Origin: an uncultured Pseudomonadales bacterium | GTDB taxonomy: Bacteria; Patescibacteriota; Microgenomatia; UBA1400; PJMF01 | Assembly: GCA_964620965.1 (NCBI GenBank) | Contig: CAZUHV010000002.1 | Coordinates: 184,798 to 248,797, forward strand | Length of the DNA: 64,000 nucleotides | Direction: 5' to 3' | In this document: in pieces, positions 29,320-38,503 of the stretch | Layout of the letters: each line of letters opens with the position of its first letter | Numbering within the stretch: position 1 is the first letter of the stretch | Notes under the pieces: generated by a model | Databases searched by the model: none | Told to the model about the DNA's origin: nothing | The model's input: the letters and a program-made list of their open reading frames with translations, nothing else | Made by a program: the position numbers and the translations under genes

Positions 29320-30333
29320 ATGACACAGATAAAAGCTCCAAACAATGATAAAATACAACCTGTACTTATGATAAACAAAACCCTCTATAACACAGTCGCA
29401 CTTGGTGGAACATTTGATCACCTGCACGAAGGCCACAAACAATTTTTGCTTTTTGCCGCAGAAATTTCCCAAAACCTCATTATTGGTGTAACTGATCAAC
29501 AAATGACACTTACAAAACAGCATAGTGAGACAATTCAACCTACACATGTAAGAAAACAGGCTGTAGCTAATTTTTGTAACCAACATGGAATTCAAAACAG
29601 AGTTATTACAATTTTTGATCCATTTGGCCCAACAATAGAAGAAAATAGTAGAATTCAAGCAATTGTGTGTACAACAGATACTCTTGCAGGAGCAAATAAA
29701 ATCAATGAAATCAGAGATAAACTTCACATGCATAATCTGCCAATCCATGTTCATACACTTAAAAAAGACCAACTTGGAATCGATACAATCAGTGCAGAAA
29801 GAATTAGAAATGGGGAAATAGATAGAGCTGGAAGAGTCTATGCATCTGTTTTTAATACAACCCTTACGCTCTCAGAAAAAAGTCGTGCTTTTTTCTCTAA
29901 ACTTCATGGTACCATAATTTCAAAACCAACTCAGAGCGAAGTAAACTCAAAAGTAATAGTTGTTGGAGATTCCACTCTGGAAACATTTATTCAAAATAAT
30001 TGGAAATATGATCTGGGAATTTTTGATGGCAAACGACAAAGAAAAGAGTATAGTTCTGAAATTCTCAATCAGCTAGAAAACCCTAAAATCATTGGGAATA
30101 CTCCTGGCTCTATAGAACAACAAGCAGTGCAAATACTTGCAGATTGGAAATTAAACCAAAACTTCCAGCACATTTTTATTGAAGGTGAAGAAGACTTACT
30201 AGCTGTTGCAACAATACTCCTAATGCCACTTGGCACCCAAGTATATTATGGACAACCAAATGAAGGTATTGTTGAATGCGTCATTACAGAAGACATTAAA
30301 GAAGCTTTCTTTGACGTACTTAGTTCTAATTAA
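29320..30333 (+). CDS. cytidylyltransferase-fold protein: archaeal-type PPAT-like N-domain (GGTFDHLHEGH) fused to DUF359-like C-domain (possible GTP-dependent dephospho-CoA kinase)
   Basis: HxGH nucleotidyltransferase motif GGTFDHLHEGHKQFLLFAAE at the N-terminus. The C-terminal VIVVGDSTLETFIQNNWKYDLGIFDGKRQRKE resembles the VGD...DGKTKR signature of COG1909/DUF359. Confidence 0.5.
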   Translation: MTQIKAPNNDKIQPVLMINKTLYNTVALGGTFDHLHEGHKQFLLFAAEISQNLIIGVTDQQMTLTKQHSETIQPTHVRKQAVANFCNQHGIQNRVITIFDPFGPTIEENSRIQAIVCTTDTLAGANKINEIRDKLHMHNLPIHVHTLKKDQLGIDTISAERIRNGEIDRAGRVYASVFNTTLTLSEKSRAFFSKLHGTIISKPTQSEVNSKVIVVGDSTLETFIQNNWKYDLGIFDGKRQRKEYSSEILNQLENPKIIGNTPGSIEQQAVQILADWKLNQNFQHIFIEGEEDLLAVATILLMPLGTQVYYGQPNEGIVECVITEDIKEAFFDVLSSN

Positions 30334-30419
30334 AAAAAATCTCTACTAACTTTGTAATTTCTTGTACAACTAAAAAACCGAATCTTTAACGAAAACAAAA
30401 ACAGTGCTACAGTTAATAT

Positions 30420-31598
30420 ATGTCTACACTTGCAACAATACTGCGACCTCAAACACTTGATGAATATATCGGACAAACACATCTAGTTGGCGAACTTAAA
30501 CCACTCCGAGTCGCCTACGAAATGGGGCATATTTTTTCCATGATTTTCTGGGGTCCACCGGGTGTTGGAAAAACAACACTCGCCCAAATACTTGCAAAAC
30601 AAAATGACAGAGAGTTCCATAACCTCTCCGCAGTAAGTGCAAAAAAATCTGATATCAAAGAAATAGTTGATCAAACAAAATCACAAAAACTGCTTACACA
30701 AAGCTATAAATCTCCAATACTATTTTTAGATGAGATTCATAGATTCAATAAAGCCCAACAAGATTTTCTATTGCCTTATGTTGAGGATGGCACAATTATT
30801 TTAATAGGAGCAACTACAGAAAATCCAAGCTTTGAGGTGATTTCTGCACTCCTTTCTCGATGTAAAGTATTTATTCTTAAGCCTCTTTTACCAGAAGAAA
30901 TAAATATTGTACTAAACTCCGCATTAAAACATCTTGGTTTATCAAAAAAAGAACTGAAAAAAGAAACAAGAGAATGGTTAATTCAATACTCAAATGGTGA
31001 TGCAAGAAAAATTCTCACATTGCTTGAACATACCTACAATTTATATAAAAATTTGAGTTTAGATTCTTTTAAAAATACACTCCAATCAAATCAGCTTTCA
31101 TATGATAAAAAAGGAGAAGAGCATTACAACACAATTAGTGCTTTTATAAAATCAATGCGGGCAAGTAATACAGATGCGGCTTTGTATTATCTTGCTCGAA
31201 TGGTTGAGGCTGGAGAAGACCCAAAATTTATTGCAAGAAGAATGGTTATTTTTGCATCCGAAGATATTGGTTTGGCAGTACCAACAGCGCTTGTAGTTGC
31301 AAATGCGGTTTTTGAAGCAGTCAACAACATTGGATATCCAGAAGCTCAAATCAATCTTGCACATGGAGTAGCATACTTGTGTAAATGTGAAAAAAATAGA
31401 ACAGCATACGATGCATATTTCAAAGCGCTCAAAGATGTGCAAGTATTTGGAAATCTTCCAATTCCACTTAACTTAAGAAATGCTCCAACAAAACTTATGA
31501 AAGATGCTGGATATGGCAAAGAATATGAAATGTATCCAGAACAATTAAAAAGTTTGCTTCCAGAAAAACTAAAAAATAAAAAGTATTTGAAAAAATAA
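30420..31598 (+). CDS. rarA: replication-associated recombination protein RarA/MgsA (AAA+ ATPase)
   Basis: LRPQTLDEYIGQTHLVGE ... IFWGPPGVGKTTLAQILA. Walker B LFLDEIHRFNK and C-terminal MgsA helical domain. Confidence 0.85.
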   Translation: MSTLATILRPQTLDEYIGQTHLVGELKPLRVAYEMGHIFSMIFWGPPGVGKTTLAQILAKQNDREFHNLSAVSAKKSDIKEIVDQTKSQKLLTQSYKSPILFLDEIHRFNKAQQDFLLPYVEDGTIILIGATTENPSFEVISALLSRCKVFILKPLLPEEINIVLNSALKHLGLSKKELKKETREWLIQYSNGDARKILTLLEHTYNLYKNLSLDSFKNTLQSNQLSYDKKGEEHYNTISAFIKSMRASNTDAALYYLARMVEAGEDPKFIARRMVIFASEDIGLAVPTALVVANAVFEAVNNIGYPEAQINLAHGVAYLCKCEKNRTAYDAYFKALKDVQVFGNLPIPLNLRNAPTKLMKDAGYGKEYEMYPEQLKSLLPEKLKNKKYLKK

Positions 31599-31639
31599 AG
31601 TGACTCGGTTCAGTAACAAATAGTAAGTTTTTTGTCAGA

Positions 31640-33142
31640 TTGGTTGGATATAGTTTCAGTGTGAAAAAACATACTGATTCTAAAACTCAACGAGAACAAA
31701 ACAGTTCTCAAAGTAAAAAACCACAAACTGTTCTAAAAAAATATTTTGGATATGAAAGTTTTCGTGAAGGCCAGTTTGAAATTATTCAAAATATTTTAGA
31801 CAAAAGAGATGTACTAACAATCCTTCCAACTGGAGGAGGAAAATCAATCTGTTTTCAAATTCCTGGACTTATACTTGATGGTGTTACGCTAGTTATTTCT
31901 CCACTGATTAGCCTTATGAAAGATCAAGTTGATACACTCAAATCAAAAGGAATCTCTGCTTGTGCTGTGAATAGTTTACTTTCACAAACCGAACTAGAAA
32001 ACACATATCAACTTATTTTATTACAAAAATTTAAGTTCATATATATTTCACCAGAAAGACTTGAGTCGAAACACTTTAAAAATCTGTTAGATAAAATTAA
32101 AATCTCAATCTTGGTGATTGATGAAGCTCATTGCATTAGCCAATGGGGAACTGACTTTAGACCAAGCTATAAAAAAATACTACAGAATGTTTCAAGTTCC
32201 AAAAAAACAAATTTCTCTATTGCTGCTTTCACAGCAACAGCAGACAACAAAATTCAAACTGACATTTGTAAAACATTACATCTAAATAATCCATTTATTT
32301 TTTATAAATCATTCAAACGAAATAACTTATTTATAGAAGTAATAAACTGCCACAATCAAACAATAAAAAATATTTCTCTTTTAAGAATTCTACAAAAACA
32401 CAGAAACCAAACTGGAATTATTTATTGTGCAACACGAAAAGATACTCAAGCAGTTTCTGAATACTTACAGAAGTTTCATGTGAATTCAGAGTACTATCAT
32501 GGAAGACTAGATAACACTCAAAAAAAACATATTCAAACAAGCTTTATAAATAAAAAAACAAAGCTTATTATTGCAACCAATGCATTTGGTATGGGAATTG
32601 ATGTAAGTGACATTCGCTTTGTAATTCATTATCAAATTCCAGGTTCAGTTGAAAATTACTACCAAGAAATTGGTAGGGCAGGCAGAGATCAAAAACAATC
32701 GTTCTGCTATATGTTATATTGCCAAACTGATGAAAAAATTCAATATGAGTTACAAAAAAATACAAAGCAAAAAATACAACAGTTCGAAAAACTAAAAAAC
32801 ATTTTATTACAAAAAAAATGCAGAACAAAAAGTGTTCTTGCATATTTTGGAGAAAATTCAAACAACTGCACTAATTGTGACGTTTGCAAAAAAATACACT
32901 ATTCATCACAGCTCATGCACCACATCACCACAAATGAAATCAAAACCGTCAAACAACTTCTAGAGATGAGAAAAACACTTGCGCAAATTCACAAAATCTT
33001 TCCTATTACAGAAACTATGATTGCCTTTCTAGCTTTTTTGCAACCAAAAACTATATCGGAATACAAAAATATTCCCGGTATTGGAGAATGCTTTATAAAA
33101 ATTTGGTACCCTCATATAGCAGAAATATTTGCTAAAAAATGA
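31640..33142 (+). CDS. recQ: ATP-dependent DNA helicase RecQ (short form)
   Basis: FGYESFREGQFEIIQNILDKRDVLTILPTGGGKS and VIDEAHCISQWG. C-terminal Zn-binding cysteines CTNCDVC. Non-ATG start (TTG 31640 or GTG 31661). Confidence 0.85.
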   Translation: MVGYSFSVKKHTDSKTQREQNSSQSKKPQTVLKKYFGYESFREGQFEIIQNILDKRDVLTILPTGGGKSICFQIPGLILDGVTLVISPLISLMKDQVDTLKSKGISACAVNSLLSQTELENTYQLILLQKFKFIYISPERLESKHFKNLLDKIKISILVIDEAHCISQWGTDFRPSYKKILQNVSSSKKTNFSIAAFTATADNKIQTDICKTLHLNNPFIFYKSFKRNNLFIEVINCHNQTIKNISLLRILQKHRNQTGIIYCATRKDTQAVSEYLQKFHVNSEYYHGRLDNTQKKHIQTSFINKKTKLIIATNAFGMGIDVSDIRFVIHYQIPGSVENYYQEIGRAGRDQKQSFCYMLYCQTDEKIQYELQKNTKQKIQQFEKLKNILLQKKCRTKSVLAYFGENSNNCTNCDVCKKIHYSSQLMHHITTNEIKTVKQLLEMRKTLAQIHKIFPITETMIAFLAFLQPKTISEYKNIPGIGECFIKIWYPHIAEIFAKK

Positions 33143-33167
33143 TATAATACTTTTTTACTTTTAATTC

Positions 33168-33515
33168 ATGCAAAGGAATTTTATGACAATTGCTAACCTA
33201 GTAGAACAATACAAAGAAATTTCCGAATTTTTAAACACAAAATGGCCTCTTAAAAATAACGAACAAAAAGTCTTCGCAAGAACTATGAAGATAATGGAGG
33301 AACTTGGAGAACTTTCTGATGAAATCCTCACAAGCATGAACCTTCAAAGAAACACTAAAGTAGCAAAATTTTCTCAACAAAATGTTGAAGATGAATTTGC
33401 AGACGTTCTTGGTTCTCTTATTTTACTTGGAATAGAACTCGATATTGATGTTGCAGAAGTCATGAAACGAAAAATTGCCTTTACAAGAGATCGTTTTGAA
33501 ATGGACAAAGAGTAA
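33168..33515 (+). CDS. MazG-like nucleotide pyrophosphohydrolase (small all-alpha NTP-PPase)
   Basis: MEELGELSDEIL ... EFADVLGSLILLGIELDIDV matches the MazG EExxE/D motif layout. Confidence 0.6.
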   Translation: MQRNFMTIANLVEQYKEISEFLNTKWPLKNNEQKVFARTMKIMEELGELSDEILTSMNLQRNTKVAKFSQQNVEDEFADVLGSLILLGIELDIDVAEVMKRKIAFTRDRFEMDKE

Positions 33516-33531
33516 CAAAATACTGTGTTAC

Positions 33532-35418
33532 TTATAACTCCATAAACTGATAGAGCTCACCATCCACAAACCCACGACTTCTATAGTATTCTCGAGTTCC
33601 AACCGCAGAAATAACTGCTAATTTTTTAAATTGTTTTTTTGTAGCAATTTCTTTTGCCAAACCAATCAGCTTTGTACCTAAACCTAAGTGCTGTGCCTTT
33701 GCATCTTTCTTTTCGCCAACATCCACAACATGACCATAGACGTGAATTTCTCTAATAATAGCAGAGTTTTCGAGCTCAGAAATAAAGTTGCTTACTTTTG
33801 GTAAACTCAAACGTAAAAAGGCCAAAATTTTTGTTCCATCAGTTTGTTCCAATTTTTTCCCAGTTTTTTTATTAAGCACTGTATCAGCATCCACAACATA
33901 CTGTAAAAATAATTCTGTACTTACTGGAGTAGAGTAGATTACTTTTTCAAGTCGAACATCTTTTGGATCAAAGCTGTAATTTTTAATTTCCCTTGCACGA
34001 ATATCTTGTGAATTTTCACCAGCTTTCAATAGTTTTTGTTCTGCAATTTGTCTAAAGTTTGTTAGCTTGTTGCCTTCAACAATATCTGTAGAGGGAATAT
34101 CTCTGATCACTCTAGTTAAACGACAATATTCTGGTGTGTTTAGTAAACAATACGAAAGCACATCCAAAAGTTCTTCATAAGAATATGGTTTCCATAATCC
34201 TTTTTTATAATATTGCATTAATTCAGCACTTCCAATTAAAGAACAAGGATAAATTTTTAATTCATCTGGTCTAAACCCTAAATCACTAAATAACTTAGCA
34301 TAATCTTTTTTATCATTTTCGACTGAAGATCCATACAAGTTTGCCATCCAATGTGCGTGAATTTTGAATCCTGCCTGTCGCAATAACTTCACTGCAGTTC
34401 TCGTAGCTGCAACTCCATGCCCGCGTTTATTTTTTGTGAGAACAGAATCATCTAAACTTTGAAATCCAATTTGTGTTTTTGTACAACCAAGCTTTCGAAT
34501 ACGAATAACTTCTTTTTCTGAAATATTGTCAGGGCGAGTCTCTACAACTAACCCAACATTTCTTACGTCTGCAGTTTCGTTTATTTTTTGTTGTGTAAAT
34601 AACTCCTCCCAAGTTGCAGATTGATATGCGTCAAAACCACCAATTTTTTCTGGAGCAACATATAACTGCGAAACTGTTTGATTATATGTCTTATCAATTT
34701 TTCCACCTTCAATTTTGAAACCATCCATAGTAGCTTTATTTTTTTCAGGGTTATTCGTTAAAACAGCTGCAGATTTTTCTCTTAATTTTTGTTCTAAATC
34801 TTCATAGTGTGCTTCAATGTTTTTCCTATCATCTTTTTTACCAAACTCATTGAGCGCTCTAAAACATTCTTTTATAAACCAAATTTGGTATGCTTCTGGA
34901 TAAAACGACCAAGTCCCTCCAAGTACAATTAACTCCGCTTTATTCACAGAGTGACCGATATTTTGCAAAGCTTGTAAGCGATTATATGTCTGCAAATAGG
35001 GGTCAAACCAATTTCTTTCTGCACGCTGAGCACCAGGTTCATCAGAAAGGTAACTTTTTGGCATTCTAATATCACTTGGACAAAAGATACATTTACCCGG
35101 ACAAGGAAATGGCTTTGTTAATACAGTAATTGGCGCAACACCAGATTGTGTTCTTGTTGGTTTTTTTCGAATTGCTTCTAAAATTTTGTCATTTAACGGA
35201 GCAATTTTATATTTTTTTGCCGTTTTGCTGTTTTCAGTAATACCACGATACCCGATAACAATCTCATCTTTAGAAAACTGACCTCCATCAGCTTTTAGAT
35301 GTTGTTTAGTTAATTGAGCCAATTTTCTTTCAGAAATTGTTTCTAGTTTTTCCAAATCTTTAATTAATGGAATCAATTGCTCAATATGCTTGGTATAATC
35401 AAACTTGTACTTTGTCAT
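33532..35418 (-). CDS. Elp3-like radical SAM + GNAT acetyltransferase (tRNA U34 carboxymethylation-type)
   Basis: Radical-SAM Cys cluster PFPCPGKCIFCPSD. C-terminal GNAT HVYGHVVDVGEKKDAKAQHLGLGTKLIGLAKEIATKKQFKKLAVISAVGTREYYRSRGF aligns with the Elp3 KAT domain. Confidence 0.75.
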   Translation of the reverse strand: MTKYKFDYTKHIEQLIPLIKDLEKLETISERKLAQLTKQHLKADGGQFSKDEIVIGYRGITENSKTAKKYKIAPLNDKILEAIRKKPTRTQSGVAPITVLTKPFPCPGKCIFCPSDIRMPKSYLSDEPGAQRAERNWFDPYLQTYNRLQALQNIGHSVNKAELIVLGGTWSFYPEAYQIWFIKECFRALNEFGKKDDRKNIEAHYEDLEQKLREKSAAVLTNNPEKNKATMDGFKIEGGKIDKTYNQTVSQLYVAPEKIGGFDAYQSATWEELFTQQKINETADVRNVGLVVETRPDNISEKEVIRIRKLGCTKTQIGFQSLDDSVLTKNKRGHGVAATRTAVKLLRQAGFKIHAHWMANLYGSSVENDKKDYAKLFSDLGFRPDELKIYPCSLIGSAELMQYYKKGLWKPYSYEELLDVLSYCLLNTPEYCRLTRVIRDIPSTDIVEGNKLTNFRQIAEQKLLKAGENSQDIRAREIKNYSFDPKDVRLEKVIYSTPVSTELFLQYVVDADTVLNKKTGKKLEQTDGTKILAFLRLSLPKVSNFISELENSAIIREIHVYGHVVDVGEKKDAKAQHLGLGTKLIGLAKEIATKKQFKKLAVISAVGTREYYRSRGFVDGELYQFMEL

Positions 35419-35469
35419 AAATTTGTTCTAGAACACTCTATTATACTCGACAGAGTCAAGAAAACCAAA

Positions 35470-36243
35470 ATGGATATAGAATTAATTAAGCGTTTGAATC
35501 AATTAAATACTGATTTTTATAACGCTACCGCAATTGATTTCGATGACAGTCGACACTACTTTTGGCAAGGATGGGATAAAATTCCACCATTTTTAGATGG
35601 CTTTGATGATATTCGTGTTGCAGACATTGGCTGTGGTAATGGTAGGTTTGGACAGTTTTTATTAGAAAAATGTCCACAAGTCAAACTGAGCTATACAGGC
35701 ATTGATGCTAATAAAAGATTACTTTCATTTGCTGAAGAAAATTTGCAAGGGAAAATTCCTGCACTTCATTTAGATCAAGTTGATATCATTCAAAACTTAT
35801 TAGATAATGAGGATTTTCTTAACAACCAAAAATTTCAACTCATTACTTGTTTTGGTGTATTCCACCATGTCCCAAGTTTTGAGTTGCGATTAAAACTACT
35901 TAAGTATCTGTTGAGCAAACTTTCTGCAAACGGTACACTCATTGTTTCAGTATGGATGTTTATGGAGTATGAACGATTTCGAAAAAAAATTATAAGAACT
36001 GATGAAAAAAATGATTCCCAAAAACTAGAAAAATACTCTCTTAACCTTATCAACCTAGAAAAAAATGACTATATTTTAGATTGGAAACGGGGAACTGAGG
36101 CACTACGATTTTGCCATTATATTGATGAACAAGAACAAAATTTACTCTTAGAAAAATCTGGTGCAAAACTTAAAAAATCTTTTAGAGCTGATGGCAAAGA
36201 AAACGATGTAAACCAGTATCTTATACTGTCACACCAAAGCTAG
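35470..36243 (+). CDS. class I SAM-dependent methyltransferase, Trm9/ALKBH8-like
   Basis: Motif I VADIGCGNGRFG. Motif II-like FQLITCFGVFHHVPSFELRLKLLKYL. Divergent from Elp3 with about 50 nt between the starts. Confidence 0.55.
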   Translation: MDIELIKRLNQLNTDFYNATAIDFDDSRHYFWQGWDKIPPFLDGFDDIRVADIGCGNGRFGQFLLEKCPQVKLSYTGIDANKRLLSFAEENLQGKIPALHLDQVDIIQNLLDNEDFLNNQKFQLITCFGVFHHVPSFELRLKLLKYLLSKLSANGTLIVSVWMFMEYERFRKKIIRTDEKNDSQKLEKYSLNLINLEKNDYILDWKRGTEALRFCHYIDEQEQNLLLEKSGAKLKKSFRADGKENDVNQYLILSHQS

Positions 36244-36278
36244 AATATCTTAGTTTTTAGGTGTATGATACTGCTGTC

Positions 36279-37862
36279 ATGAAAACATTTATTCCACTCC
36301 TTTTTATTATTTTTTCAATTATAGGAATCGCAGATTCTTCTTTTATTACCTATGAAAAATTTGCCGGTATTGTTCCAGATTGTGGAACAGGATTTGATTG
36401 TGGAGCAGTACTAAATAGCAAATGGTCTAGTATCGGCCCAATTCCATTATCTCTTTTAGGGCTTGTATATTACCTCACCGTTTTTGCTCTTGGAGTTTTT
36501 GTTGTGTTGGAGGTCGATTTACAAAAACCTTTACATTCTTTTTTTGACAAACTCAAAATCAAACAAGATTCTATTCTTCGTCAGCTAACAACTGCAGAAC
36601 TTTTACTACTTGTCACTACTTTTGGATTTGGTTTTTCAATTTACTTGGTAAGCCTCATGGCCTTCATTATTGGAGAATGGTGTAAATACTGTTTAATTAG
36701 CGCAGCAGCTTCATCACTATTATTCATTACTAGCTTAGTTTTTTTTGCAAAAGTGAAACAACAATCTCCGTTTGTTTTAAAATTTTTAAGTTTTAAATTT
36801 ATTCACTGGGGATATACAACAATAGTAAAACCATTATTTTTTCTTTTTGATGCAGAGACAGTTCACAACTCATGCACCAACTTTGGAAAACACTTAGGTA
36901 AACTTAAAATCACTCAAGCTCTTACAATTATCGCATTTTCGTTTAGACACTCAGCAAATACAAAAACATTCAATGGGATAACTTTTCCAAACCAAGTTGG
37001 ACTTGCTGCTGGGTTTGATTATAACGGCGAACTTACTAGTATATTACCAAGCTTAGGAATGGGATTTCACACTATTGGGACTGTCACATATCTCCCATAT
37101 GAAGGAAATCCAAAACCACGTTTAGGAAGATTTTTAGAATCAAAGGCTCTTTTGGTTAATAAGGGATTAAAATCATTAGGCGCAGTTGCAATTGCAAAAA
37201 AACTTACTGGTATTCGGTTTCAAATTCCAACAGGCATTTCTATTGCCAGCACAAATAAATACTTCGAAAATGAACAAGAACAAATCTTGGACATTCTTAA
37301 AACATTTACTATTTTCGAAAACTCAAAGGTACAACACGCATACTACGAACTCAATATCAGTTGTCCAAATACATTTGGCGGAGAACCGTTTACCACTCCA
37401 AAAAGATTAGAAAAACTACTTACTGCTCTAGAATCTCTACACGTTTCAAAACCAATTTATGTCAAAATGCCAATTGATCAAAGTAAAAAAGAAACGTTAG
37501 ATCTTTTAAATATTATTGACCAATACAAAATTGCTGGAGTGATCTTTGGTAATCTTACAAAAGATAAAACAAATCCAGATGTTACAGAGACTGAAAGAAA
37601 GCGTTGGAAAACTGTAAAAGGAAACTTAAGCGGCAAACCAACTTGGAAACGTTCAAATGAACTTATTGAACTCACAAAAAGAAACTTTAAAAATAGATTC
37701 ACAATTATTGGTACTGGTGGAATTTTTAATGGAGCAGACGCCATAACAAAAATAAATCTTGGAGCAGATTTAGTTCAAATAATCACAGGAATGATTTTTG
37801 AAGGTCCACAAACCATTGGTGAAATCAATTTAAAACTTGCTGAAAAAAATATAAAGCAGTAA
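36279..37862 (+). CDS. fusion protein: N-terminal VKOR (vitamin K epoxide reductase) membrane domain + C-terminal dihydroorotate dehydrogenase-like (PyrD-family) flavoenzyme domain
   Basis: VKOR features: loop Cys pair PDCGTGFDCG, GIPLSLLGLVYY, TM CXXC GEWCKYCL. DHOD features: FPNQVGLAAGFDYNGE, GFHTIGTVTYLPYEGNPKPRLGRF, NISCPNT (Cys base), IGTGGIFNGADAITKINLGADLVQIITGMIFEGP. Confidence 0.7.
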   Translation: MKTFIPLLFIIFSIIGIADSSFITYEKFAGIVPDCGTGFDCGAVLNSKWSSIGPIPLSLLGLVYYLTVFALGVFVVLEVDLQKPLHSFFDKLKIKQDSILRQLTTAELLLLVTTFGFGFSIYLVSLMAFIIGEWCKYCLISAAASSLLFITSLVFFAKVKQQSPFVLKFLSFKFIHWGYTTIVKPLFFLFDAETVHNSCTNFGKHLGKLKITQALTIIAFSFRHSANTKTFNGITFPNQVGLAAGFDYNGELTSILPSLGMGFHTIGTVTYLPYEGNPKPRLGRFLESKALLVNKGLKSLGAVAIAKKLTGIRFQIPTGISIASTNKYFENEQEQILDILKTFTIFENSKVQHAYYELNISCPNTFGGEPFTTPKRLEKLLTALESLHVSKPIYVKMPIDQSKKETLDLLNIIDQYKIAGVIFGNLTKDKTNPDVTETERKRWKTVKGNLSGKPTWKRSNELIELTKRNFKNRFTIIGTGGIFNGADAITKINLGADLVQIITGMIFEGPQTIGEINLKLAEKNIKQ

Positions 37863-37880
37863 AACTTAAGTTAATTTACT

Positions 37881-38429
37881 TTACCTTATAAACTGTTCTA
37901 TAAAAGATCCAAGAGTATAAGCAGCAATTGCAGCAACTGAACCAACTAACAGCATCTCAACTCCGTTTTTGAACCAGCTACCTTTAATAACATATGTTCT
38001 TAAACTTCCAACAAAAAACATTGCTGTTAATGTAGAAACTACCGACATAATAAATTGATGGTTTTCTGCAATCTCAAAACCAAAAAGCATTAAAACATAC
38101 GGGAGCAGTGGCAATCCACCTGCGACAACAAACGCAAGAAAGGTGACTAAACTTGTTTTCCACAAACAACATGAATCAGAATCTTTGCCTTCGCTTTTTT
38201 CTAAAGTATGAACAGATCTTTCACCAAGATAATCACCAAGTGCCATACTAATTCCATCTGCAACCATATTTGCAATTCCAAGAACAATAATCACTTCTGT
38301 AGCAAAGCCAGCGCCTACAACACCTGCAACAACAGCAAATGTTGTAACAATTCCGTCACTTGCTCCTAATACAGCTGGTTTAATATATTTTTTTGCGACT
38401 TTCATGCCGACCTTCTTTCTTATATTCAT
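37881..38429 (-). CDS. VIT1/CCC1-family Fe/Mn transporter (short form)
   Basis: AVLGASDGIVTTFAVVAGVVGAG signature plus C-terminal TM helices. Confidence 0.75.
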   Translation of the reverse strand: MNIRKKVGMKVAKKYIKPAVLGASDGIVTTFAVVAGVVGAGFATEVIIVLGIANMVADGISMALGDYLGERSVHTLEKSEGKDSDSCCLWKTSLVTFLAFVVAGGLPLLPYVLMLFGFEIAENHQFIMSVVSTLTAMFFVGSLRTYVIKGSWFKNGVEMLLVGSVAAIAAYTLGSFIEQFIR

Positions 38430-38503
38430 TCTATCAAAAAAAGTACCAGCTCACTATACGAGTACATTTTATTTGCTATAATCAAAAAAAGAGAGAGTAG
38501 GAT

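Noticed and set aside
28849-29772. 307-aa minus-strand ORF with a Cys-rich N-terminal half
   Set aside because: Its upstream 155 codons are antisense to the well-supported PPAT-like gene at 29320..30333 and have an unnatural composition. Only the C-terminal lipoprotein from Met-156 (29307) is credible.
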